In this document: positions 44,301 to 56,300 of the stretch, piece by piece
How positions within the stretch are numbered: the first letter of the stretch is position 1
How the letters are laid out: each line of letters begins with the position of its first letter
NCBI GenBank assembly: GCA_965644265.1
Contig: OZ286461.1
Span: forward strand, 87,792,001 to 87,856,000
DNA length: 64,000 nucleotides
Reading direction: 5' to 3'
Source: Glycera tridactyla
Lineage: Eukaryota
Notes under the pieces: model-generated
Told to the model about the DNA's origin: nothing
The model's input: only the letters and a program-made list of their open reading frames with translations
Databases searched by the model: none
Made by a program: the position numbers and the translations under genes

Positions 44301-47300
44301 TAGGTGCGATATTTACCTGCCTTGTCCTACATTTGTACCTGCCTCCTTGCATATTATGACTGACTAAAAAATGGTCAGTACTTGCCTATTAGGCAGGCAG
44401 ACTGTTGAAAATAGCTGATCTAACAGTGAATCCGCCTGTCTGTGCCAGTAGGGCAAGCTTTGGCATAGAGCCCTGTCGATGATAGCCAAATCAATTAGGA
44501 TTGCATGTGTATGTACAGTGGAGCCTGTGATGACCAGGTCTCTAAAACTAGGTGCTTGCTGGTGGCAGTTATACTTGAAAGGATGTTGAAAGAATGCTGA
44601 AGAATTGGTCCGAGCTACCACACAGCAGCAGAGACTAAAACTAGTAGTGCGAAAAGAATCCACAAGGTGGCTACCAGCATATGCATCTGTCATGGTGCTC
44701 CCAATGTACTGGATTGTTACCGAGTTGCCAAACAACAACTAGCCAGATCCTAGCTCTTAGAAGGATCACTGAAGGTATGAAGGAATTTCAACTCCCTGCC
44801 ATAATCACCTTCATTGACTTCCGCAAGGCATTCGACTTGATACAGAGATCAGATGCCGTGCATTCTCAGGGCCTATGGGATACCAGAAATACTAGTCAAT
44901 GCCATAGCTGACACATACACAGATACCAAGGCAAAGGTCCTCTCACCAGATGGTGAAAAAGGTGTCCTTGATATAACAGCAGGTGTTCTGCAAGGAGACA
45001 CACCTTGCTACCTATTCCTTCATCATATTCCTTGACTATGCATTAAGGAAAGCAATAAATGGAAGAGAGGAAGAACTAAGCCTGCAGATCAAGCTAGAGC
45101 TGGATGCTGTCCAGCTAAATACATCACCGATCTGGACTTTGATGATGACATCACCTTTATATCTGAAGAGTTGCAACAAGCACAAACATTGCACCGACAT
45201 GTTGAAGAAGCCTCAGCAGGAGTCGGCTGAGCAATGAATGACAAAAAGACAGAAGAGCTTGCATTCAACCAGAGACAACAAGTTGAAATCATGGCCATAG
45301 ATGGATTGGTAATAGAAGTACTGCAGAGGTTTTCCTATATGGCAGCAAAACATGGAGCTTGAGCAAGAAACAGGAGAAAGAATTTGATGGTGCTATAAAA
45401 AAAAGCACTCAACATCAGCTGGAGGGAACACTTAGCAGATGAAGAGCTCCACGGACACCTACCAAAGGTCCTATCAGCCAAGATCAGGACAAGGAGGTTG
45501 AAGCTGGCAGGTCACTGTGTCAGGCACCCGAAAGAAGCTTCCTCCAACCTGGTATTATCCCCGACAGGTGTAGCAGAAGAAGAGGCCGCCCAACTGGCAC
45601 CTTCACCAATACCATCAGGAGGGACACAGGTTTAGAACTTGAGGAGCTGTCTGTCTGCATGCATGACAGAGGGCAGTGACGCACTACCATGGCCCGAGCT
45701 AGAGCAAGCTTGAAATAAGCAAGCAAGTAAGCAAGATATACAGGAATAAACCCCGTTTTGATATACAACTGCCTCCAGAGTGGGTAGAACAATCCCACAC
45801 ATACCACTATGGTAGACTATGACTAATCATTTCAGAACCCAGCTTAAAGAGTCTGTATTCAACCCATGAGCCTATGGGGAAGATACACACATAAAAATCC
45901 CAAAGTTACCTTCCCGGTTGCATAGCATCACATGGAATAAAAATCCCGGACCCAACTACACCAACCAAATCTAATGGAAGCGATATCTTTTGGATAACTG
46001 AATTGATGGATAAAAGAGAAAAAACCTCAAGCTGATTTATCAGGAGGTATTGAATTGAATTGAATTCTTTATTTATACTCACTGGGGGGAGGTAAAATCA
46101 TATTTTTCCCCCTAGAGTACGATTCCATCTGTCACATGAATGCCGCTCAACTGACCAGTCACGTGATGATGCAACTACAACCCATTTGCCAAGAGCTCAC
46201 GAAAGGGTCTGGATGGATTAACCCTGAAAGCTACTCGATTTTTCATAAAAACCACCATGAGTAACAAAGTAACTCCTACTTCAAGACTTTTCATGATTCT
46301 CACAACAACTGTTCATGTTTTCAGGAGCTTTCAGGGTGTCAGTGGATGCCTTCCTCCAGAATGAAAAATCAAACACTTCATTGTCGATCATGGACAGCAA
46401 CCGAAATGACTTCAAGTCATCCATACAACAGCTCCAGTCTACCAGAGAATATAAATTAATCAACGAGTGTTTTTTTCAATGCATGAAATTGAAATAATAG
46501 AGAGTAGACCTAGCAAGGGATGCTGCCAAATAGAAAGTACTGTTTCTGACAATATGATGATTGAGCCAGTCTCAGGATAGGGCAAATGTTACAGCCAAAG
46601 AAAGGGTGGGGCAAAAATAAGCTGATTTCTTCATGTTCATAAAATACAATAACAAGTAACAGGCATAATAAGGATGAGCACATCAGGAGGGAAACGGGGA
46701 GATCGGCCCAGCATGGAACTGGATATTGAGGGCAACTGGGTGGGGTTGTGACTGGCATAAATAAAACATCAAAACTGAGGCATGGCGTCACATATGTAAG
46801 ACCATGTCTGAACTGAAAAAGGGCTTTGCCCCAAAGGTGTGTATGTGCAACCTTCCTGTGGTTTTCTGTACTATGTGGTGTGTACTGCAGAATCTGTACT
46901 TTTATATGTAGCAGATGGGCATCATCAATCCCTACCAAGATGATCTAACTTGAGTTGATACTAGTGTAAAGCAAGTTGAACTCATGCATAGATACATGAT
47001 CATGTACAGAAATACAAAGTGAACCAGCCGCACTACGAGCGCTGAAGACCAATAAGACAGAGAAGACTAGGTATGTCCGTCCATCAGCGGAAGACTGCTC
47101 CCTTCAAATTACTGAGCAAAATCATGAATTGTTAGCCACCCTTCATAACTTATGACCACAACACACATCGGATTACTCACTAATTCAGGATTTCCCTGAA
47201 TAATTTTTTATAAAAAAAAGATGCATAACTTCACACACCGGACAAATTTCTCAATCTCACAAGTAAAATCCATCTATGCATCCATTCATCAATCGAAAAT

Positions 47301-50300
47301 AAAAGATGTTTTGTGGCATTTCTGAAGGAAGGATGATGTTATAAAGATTTGTGACTAGCAGATCTTGTTGAGCTCAAGAGTTTGAGCAGAGTAAATGCTG
47401 CTATGTATTAGGCTGCACCTCAAAGCACTCATTACAACTTTATAAGCAAAAGTAAACTTCTTGAAAAAAATGTTTTCATCAGGAAGAAGAATACTCTTCT
47501 ATTTATCTTGGCTGCCAAATATGATATCTGCAAAGGTGAATAAGAGAATTTGACTTCAAGAGAAAATACCAAAGGATGGAAACCATGCCCTTTATCATTT
47601 AAAGTAAATCATGCAGATGTATGTCTGACCAGTCATTGGCCTTAGGCCATGGCCAAAATGTATATCTATATCATAAGTGGGAGTCTTTGATTTCATAACA
47701 ACGATTTTTTGACAAACATCAACTCCACTAGTTCACTTCTGTAAGTTGTTGCCCTTAAACTTGGTGTAATCTTCATTCAGAACATATGGTTTGCTGGAAC
47801 AACTTGGACTAGTACTTCTGGGGATTGATTACCGATCCATGTGAAAGAAAATATACACNNNNNNNNNNNNNNNNNNNNNNNNNNNNNNNNNNNNNNNNNN
47901 NNNNNNNNNNNNNNNNNNNNNNNNNNNNNNNNNNNNNNNNNNNNNNNNNNNNNNNNNNNNNNNNNNNNNNNNNNNNNNNNNNNNNNNNNNNNTAACAACA
48001 ATGACTTCAATGGATATGTCAACTATTCTAGCACTAAGTGTGTGTGGGGATATGTTTGTGATATGTTTTTGAGATGAGTATGTTAACAAGACTGCTATAT
48101 CAAGACACAGTGGTGGTGGGCATTCTCACCCCCTACAGATTTCACCCACCTCACCACCATTGCCAACATCTTGATAAAACTAATAACAAAATCTGCAGAT
48201 TCTTCTCGTCAAGCAAGTCAAGCAAAAGGGTAACAACCTAGGAGATCAACTGCAGTACCCAATGCTACAAGAAAATGGCAGCAGGCCTTCCCTGAAATAA
48301 CATTTCAACAACACGTACATATCATTGACAGAAATTTGACCATTCATGTGTCATTATCTTGCTCTTATCAATTTTGTCTTATCGAAAATCATCAGACTAT
48401 AAACCAAAGGTCAGAAATTCCATCAAATGTCAAGAATTATATCCGGACCCAATTGGACCAAAGGCTCCATTCCAAGTCTTCGGAATTCAACATCTGTGAA
48501 TGATAAGATGGAATGGTTTATACATTATTCTTGCTGAAAGATGAGTAGATAACTTTTGAAGAGCAAAAGATATCTGAAGACATGGATGGTACTAGACTTC
48601 CTATCCTCACACTGAAACCTTGCGTCCAAAAAAACTATTGTTTGTTCAAAATTTGTTTTTGTTTTTTCAGTTCAACAAATTTTCTCCTCATTCCAAACAC
48701 GAAAATGATAAATTCATATGAGAAGAGGAAGCTTTTTTACTGGCATGTGCTGCAGGTCAACCCTGGATCAGCCCAATAATCAAAAAGTCAATCAATCAAG
48801 TTGTAATGATGTAAACCAAGCTGAATAGTGCATGTGTCTTCAGCCCCAAGAAGATGTCATCTGTCACACATTTGTTCCGAGTGAAGCACTGTGGGACAAA
48901 TATATCTCACCTTCTTTTATCTAAAGACAATGCAGTCAAAGACTCAGCAATACCTCCTACATACATTCAGTGCCACTAAACTGTATATGATGATAACAAT
49001 AATACTTGATACCATCACCCCTATTGCCAGATGCCAGGGGATCACCTGATTTCAATGGCGGAAAAAACAGTTGAAACACTTGTGAATATGATCTATCAAG
49101 ATACAGTCAGCTTTGATATGTTAGCCCTGATAATTTTCGTTTATTAAATCAAAATGATCATATTTTAAAAAAGTTCACATGTGAGTCATGTATGAGAGAG
49201 CCTTCGACTGTGATAATCATCTCAAAATCCTATTTTCTGCCCAGGATGATGATGATGAACTTGATGTTATATACAGCAGAACCTATTTCACACAGGTGGA
49301 TTGGCACTTGAATATCACATCAAGCTGCTATAATATTCAAAAGCCAAACTACTTCATAGAATAGGCTACTTTGGAAAAAGGCTGTGTTCCGTTTTTGAGA
49401 CAATGCTCCCTCCCAAATGTGAGTCATATACGAATAGCTGCTGTCATTACTAAGTAGTACCTGTGAAAACATCCCTTGAAGCTTTCATCATCAATCCTTG
49501 CCTCTTAGCAGAACAGGAGTAATTAGGGCTAACACTTCAATGGATGACTGCATGAAAGGAACAATATCTTTATGACAATCCCAATACATTCCACATCAAT
49601 TCTGTAATTATCACTGATTCTACTTCATGTGAAAGTGTAATCCTGATCACAAACATACCTACAGGTGTACATGTTAAATTATCCATGACATTTCATCGAC
49701 AATGATTTCATCAAAAAGCATCAACCCATCCCCAACTGTTCTCACGGATTCACTCAAAATTAATTACATATAGCTACTGGTTGATGTTTAACAACAAGTT
49801 GTGGAATACAAACACCTGACATCTACTTTTAACCTTTTCATGGTCACATTTAATAATTTTAGTCATTCTTTGGGATCACCGTACACAAATGCAAATGTGA
49901 GTGGCACAGGAAATGTAATTAGGCCATTTGTTCTGTATGCTGTTTGCAATCACATACATATCCATTTGCAGAACTTGAAAAAAAAGAGCCTTGACAGATT
50001 TGGCATGGTTTATGCCATGTTACCATTTCTTAGAACTGGCAAGCAGAGAAACTGGCCGACGATGTCTTCAAACACCTGTGATATGACCATGACAGGTTAT
50101 ACATTGACTCGACTGTGCGAGCGCAAGTGTGTGTCATACACCATCTTTACAGGGGCCACAATAATGAGATATTGACAAGTGAGGACTGGTTACAATGGTG
50201 GCAGGTGACGGGGATATTTCTAGCTGTGATGTACATCCAGATATTGAGTACAGACGTGGCGGAGTAGCTATATGCAATCAACTACTAGTCAGATGAGGGC

Positions 50301-53300
50301 ATCAACAGAGAGCAATTGAGGACACTTTCAAATATACCCCAGGATGAATATCAAATGAATATGGAAATAGTAGAGGGAGAAACACACCAGATAACTTTAA
50401 TAGGAGGATCAAAGGGAGGGATGGATAATGCGTCAAGGGGTCTCAATATCCAGTAGGTCAATCACACAGAAAAAAATAATGGGGAATTAATGTATTTCCC
50501 GAAGTGATAAAATGGTATAAAATAGGTTGGGATCGGAGAGGAGACAAGTAGCCAGGGGTAAGGAGAGAACAGTTGGCAGTAAAATATTGAAACTCCATGG
50601 CATGGGAAGGGGTGGAGGGAGTCATGAAAGATATTTTGCATAATTCTGATGCTACAAATATCAGCAACAAAAAACTATGATGGTCACAGTGGGTGAGAAA
50701 AGCAGTGTACTCAAAGGAATATGAAAATGAAATAAGGGAGATTCAATTGGAGTGACCGATGACCAATGAACAAGAATTATGCTCTGATGTGGCGGAAAAT
50801 AAATAAATAAACAAGCCCACTATGTACTTCATAGGGACATTTGCAGCAGGATTGTTGAAGCAGTGGTGTTATTGGGTCTTCTGTGTAGGCAGGAGCAACT
50901 GCCAAGGGATGATTTGTGGGTGGGGCCTGTGAGATATGGGAGGGACGGCAGCTGAGGTAGAATTTATATGGAGTTCATGAGTGGAGAAGCACTATACATT
51001 ATGCTAACTTGATGCAAAATATTTACAGAAACAAGTCAGATTCTGCCCGACTACAATTAGTCTTGAAATACAACTACTGCATGATTTGTCAGAACTATAG
51101 CAGGAGTGAATGGCCATGAAATGAAAATGCAATAACAAACAAGGTGTGAATTTTAGCCAAAGGTAGAGTGACATCCCGAGAAATTCAAACCAAGTTTGGT
51201 ATTGCGTTCTTACCCCACAGCCATATATTCTTGCTTTCATTGCGTGGATTAGGAAAGAAATCATCAGTAAGTAGTTCTCGCGCAGCTGTGAAGTATCACA
51301 TGCAATACTCAACACCTAATATTTCACTGAAAATGTCACATGCATGTGATGAATCTTGAACAATCTATTCTGACAGATTTTGAGCATTTCATTCCACATG
51401 CTCGACTGCGATGAAGTATCAAGAAGAGTAACTGACTCATTTGAAGTATGATCAGTAGATCATGTTGCTTTTCCAAGGCCGACATACCCTACCCAGCATA
51501 TATGGGCAGATCCTAAGATCACGTGATCCTCAACCAACTTCTGGGTCCCGTTATCAAGCAACAGCCAAGTCGCAGTAGCCTGTAGCTGATGAAAGGGAGT
51601 GCTCCTTGAAAGCTTCCACATCAAGAATCTCTACACTGTGAGTACTGTGAAATTTCTACTTCAAAATAGCTCATTTCATATTTATGTCAGCTTGACAATT
51701 CCTGACATGTGATGAAGGGCAGGGTAATAGGAGTGGGATTTACTTCTCTCAGCAAGGCTGATACAGACACCTGCATGAAACTGTTGAAATTTAACTAGAC
51801 AACTGGTGACAGTGTTGGCTCTGAGGTATGGCTGAAGCGAGACATTTGTCTTGCCACTGTTCAAAATGTGAGAAAATTTACACAAATATGAAACAGATGT
51901 TACAAGTGTTCACTCTGAGGTCTAACTGGAGTGAGACATTCATCTCAACACTTTCCAAAATGTGAGACGTCACACTCAAATGCGAGACAAATGTCTCAAA
52001 GTCTACCCTGATATCCAACACTATGGTGAGAGTCCATGTTAGAATTTCAGAAAAGTGTTTAAAGGGAAGATCACCTGACTGCTCTTCAGTTCAGTGAGCT
52101 AGAAAACATCTGTAAAGCTGCTATCAAGTATTCTTTCTCAAAGGTGTGACCAAAATTGATAGGGAATGCTTTTTCTTTTGTGAAAAGTTAAGGAATGTAA
52201 GTGAATGATAGTTGCAACTGGACACCCTACAAAACTCACAGAAATCAGGAAGTGTAGTGCAAAGCTGCGGGAAAAGTATATCCAGCGAGGAGCAACCAAT
52301 AACGATTGGATTGGAAGGTGCCGGATAGGAAAAAAGAAAGCAAGTATGGACCATCATAGTAGGGATGAGGGGATATACAGATGGATATTGACCAAAGTGG
52401 CATGGGTGAACATCAACTGGAAGGATGATTGGCGGCAACAAATGTATAGGCAGCATATTATCACTCGCATCTGATATGTGGTTCTTGAAGCCAGAGACCG
52501 GAAATCTCCTTTTCTTCCAGTTTTCTGGTTACACATTAGCAGATAAATCAAATAGGAGTATGTTTCACATAGATGTGTACCATGAATTTGACATGCTGGA
52601 GATGTGATACAGGGTGTCACATGACTTCGGGATACTTTTTACTTGTGTCATTCCTGTATAGAGAATTGTGAAATAAATAAATAAATAAATAAACAAATAA
52701 ATAATTAAATAACACCTGATATGATCATATCAATCAACTCTGGAGAATGTTCACTATATCGATGCCCGATGTAAATGGTACATGATGAAAAATACCAAAT
52801 GAAAAAATTATCAATCGGCTTTCATGTGATAAATCTAGAATGCACTGTATGGAGGTTATCAAATGTATTTCTAACTGCTGTCACATGTCATAATCGAAGC
52901 TTTAAATTCATTGTGTGACCACATTCAAACTTCTGTTATGTCCTCAGCTTTTATAATACAAATTCAATTGACACTCACTTTTGATGTAATGACAGTTAAT
53001 CGTATCTGTCAAAATAAGTGTCAAAATATAGTCTTCAACACTGATATTCATGCCCATCAAAGATTTATCTTGGGTATCGAATGAAAAAATGGAATGGCCA
53101 CTCATCACATGAGTGAGCCTCATCGGTGTTGCCCGAGGGTTTCCTCAGCACACTGAAGATAATTCATAGTTTTCATGAATGTTCTTAACTCCTCACCTGA
53201 CATACTCTATAAAATATTCATCAATCAGCACTGTGAAGAGATGGCAGAGTTATGTATACAAAGCCTACATGGCATCATATTGCAGAATAATCCTGATTAG

Positions 53301-56300
53301 AATGGTCAAAATAGAACTCAACAAGGCCACAGAGGGGCAATATACCCCGCACACGGGAGCATAGTGGGTAACCCATATCGCACACTGGAGCACAGTGGGT
53401 AACCCATATCGGAAAAGGTCATTGAGATGTTTGGTTGGCTATGTAATAAGTCACTGGATCACTGTGTAGAATAAGAAAATCTAATACATATGTAGTAGCA
53501 CCTAAAACATTCACCTTGACCTATGACTTAGGGTCACATGCATTGTAAGTGAGATGTTGTAACATTGCTTGATCATCCCAGATCAGTTTGATCTTCATCC
53601 AAAAATGCTAGCCTGAGTTATTTTGTGGGATGCGGAAATTCAAAAATAGCTCCTATGGCCTTGACCTTTGACGCAGGGTCACATGCATCAAATGGGAGAT
53701 ATCTCACCATTGGGTCTTTACGTTGTGAAACTTCGGTGCATATCGATCGATGCAAGCTTGAGCTGGAGTGTGAAATGAGAAAATTTATGAATAATTCCTG
53801 TGACCTTGACCTTTGACCTAGGATCAAATGCATCGTGAAGGAGGTGGCCTACCATTAGGTCATTACTTTGTGTAAGATTGGTGCATATCCATCGGAGCTC
53901 TCTTGAGTTAGAGTGCAAATGGGAGAATATATAAATAGCTCCTGTGACCTTGACCTTTGACCTGGGGTCACATGCATCGAATGGGAGGTGGCCTACCATT
54001 AGGTCATTACTTTGTGTAGGATTGGTGCATATCCATCAAAGCTCGCTTGAGTTAGAGTGTGAAATGGGAAAATCTATAAATAGCTCCTGTGACCTTGACC
54101 TTTGACCTGGGGTCACATGCATCGAAAGGCAGGTGGCCTACCATTAGGTCATCACTTTGTGTAAGTTTGGTGCATATCCATCAAAGCTCGCTTGAGTTAG
54201 AGCGTAAAATGGGAAAATCTATAAATAGCTCCTGTGACCTCGACCTTTGAACTGGGGTCACATGCATAGGAAGGGAGGTGGCCTACCATTAGGTCATTAC
54301 TTTGTGTAAGTTTGATGCATATCCATCTCGCTTGAGTTAGAGTGTGAAATGGGAAAATCTATAAATAGTTCCTGTGACCTTGACCTTTGACCTGGGGTCA
54401 CATGCATTAAAAGGGAGGTGGCCTACCATTAGGTCATTACTTTGCGTAAGTTTGGTGCATATCCATCGAAGCTCGCTTGAGTTAGAGTGTGAAATGGGAA
54501 AATCTATAAATAGCTCCTGCGACCTTGACCTTTGACCTGGGGTCACATGCATCAAAAGGGAGGTAGCCTACCATTAGGTCATTACTTTGTGTAAGTTTGG
54601 TGCATATCCATCAAAGCTCGCTTAAGTTAGAGTGTAAAATGGGAAAAACTATAAATAGCTCCTGCGACCTTGACCTTTGACCTGGGGTCACATGCATCGA
54701 AAGCAAGGTGGCCTACCATCAGGTCATTACTTTGTGTGAGTTTGATGCATATCCATCGAAGCTGGCTTGAGTTAGAGTGTAAAATGAGGAAATCTATAAA
54801 TAGCTCCTGTGACCTTGACCTTTGACCTGGGGTCACATGCATCGTGAAGGAGGTGGCCTACCATTAGGTCATTACTTTGTGTAAGATTGGTGCATATCCA
54901 TCGGAGCTCTCTTGAGTTAGAGTGCAAATGGGAGAATATATAAATAGCTCCTGTGACCTTGACCTTTGACCTGGGGTCACATGCATCGAAAGGCAGGTGG
55001 CCTACCATTAGGTCATTACTTTGTGTAGGATTGGTGCATATCCATCAAAGCTCGCTTGAGTTAGAGTGTGAAATGGGAAAATCTATAAATAGCTCCTGTG
55101 ACCTTGACCTTTGACCTGGGGTCACATGCATCGAAAGGCAGGTGGCCTACCATTAGGTCATCACTTTGTGTAAGTTTGGTGCATATCCATCAAAGCTCGC
55201 TTGAGTTAGAGCGTAAAATGGGAAAATCTATAAATAGCTCCTGTGACCTCGACCTTTGAACTGGGGTCACATGCATAGGAAGGGAGGTGGCCTACCATTA
55301 GGTCATTACTTTGTGTAAGTTTGATGCATATCCATCTCGCTTGAGTTAGAGTGTGAAATGGGAAAATCTATAAATAGTTCCTGTGACCTTGACCTTTGAC
55401 CTGGGGTCACATGCATTAAAAGGGAGGTGGCCTACCATTAGGTCATTACTTTGCGTAAGTTTGGTGCATATCCATCGAAGCTCGCTTGAGTTAGAGTGTG
55501 AAATGGGAAAATCTATAAATAGCTCCTGCGACCTTGACCTTTGACCTGGGGTCACATGCATCAAAAGGGAGGTAGCCTACCATTAGGTCATTACTTTGTG
55601 TAAGTTTGGTGCATATCCATCAAAGCTCGCTTGAGTTAGAGTGTAAAATGGGAAAAACTATAAATAGCTCCTGCGACCTTGACCTTCGACCTGGGGTCAC
55701 ATGCATCGAAAGCGAGGTGGCCTACCATCAGGTCATTACTTTGTGTGAGTTTGATGCATATCCATCGAAGCTGGCTTGAGTTAGAGTGTAAAATGAGGAA
55801 ATCTATAAATAGCTCCTGTGACCTTGACCTTTGACCTGGGGTCACATGCATCGAAAGGGAGGTGGCCTACCATTGAGTCATTACTTTGTGTGAGTTTGGT
55901 GCATATCCATCGAAGCTTGCTTGAGTTAGAGTGTAAAATGGGGAAATCTATAAATAGCTCCTGTGACCTTGACCTTTGACCTGGGGTCACATGCATCGAA
56001 AGGGAGGTGGTCTACCATTAGGTCATTACTTTGTGTTAGTTTGGTGCATATCCATTCAGGCTAACTTGAGTTAGAGTGTAAAATAAGAAAATCTATAAAT
56101 AGCTCCTGTGACCTTGACCTTCGACCTTTGGGTACGAAAATCAAATTCTCGAATACGAATTTTTCATAGATCACAGTTATGAAGTTTTATGAAAATTGGA
56201 CCAGCCAATCCAAAGTTATTGCATGAAATGTGAGCGGACGGACGGACGTACGTACGTACGTACGTACGGACGCTGGAGGTGAAACTATAATACACCGCTT

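Noticed and set aside
53500-56140. Regular tandem arrays (also 30640-32900 and 15200-15890) as CRISPR arrays
   Set aside because: Units are contiguous 145-180-bp monomers with no unique spacers, there are no cas genes, and the context is a eukaryotic intron.
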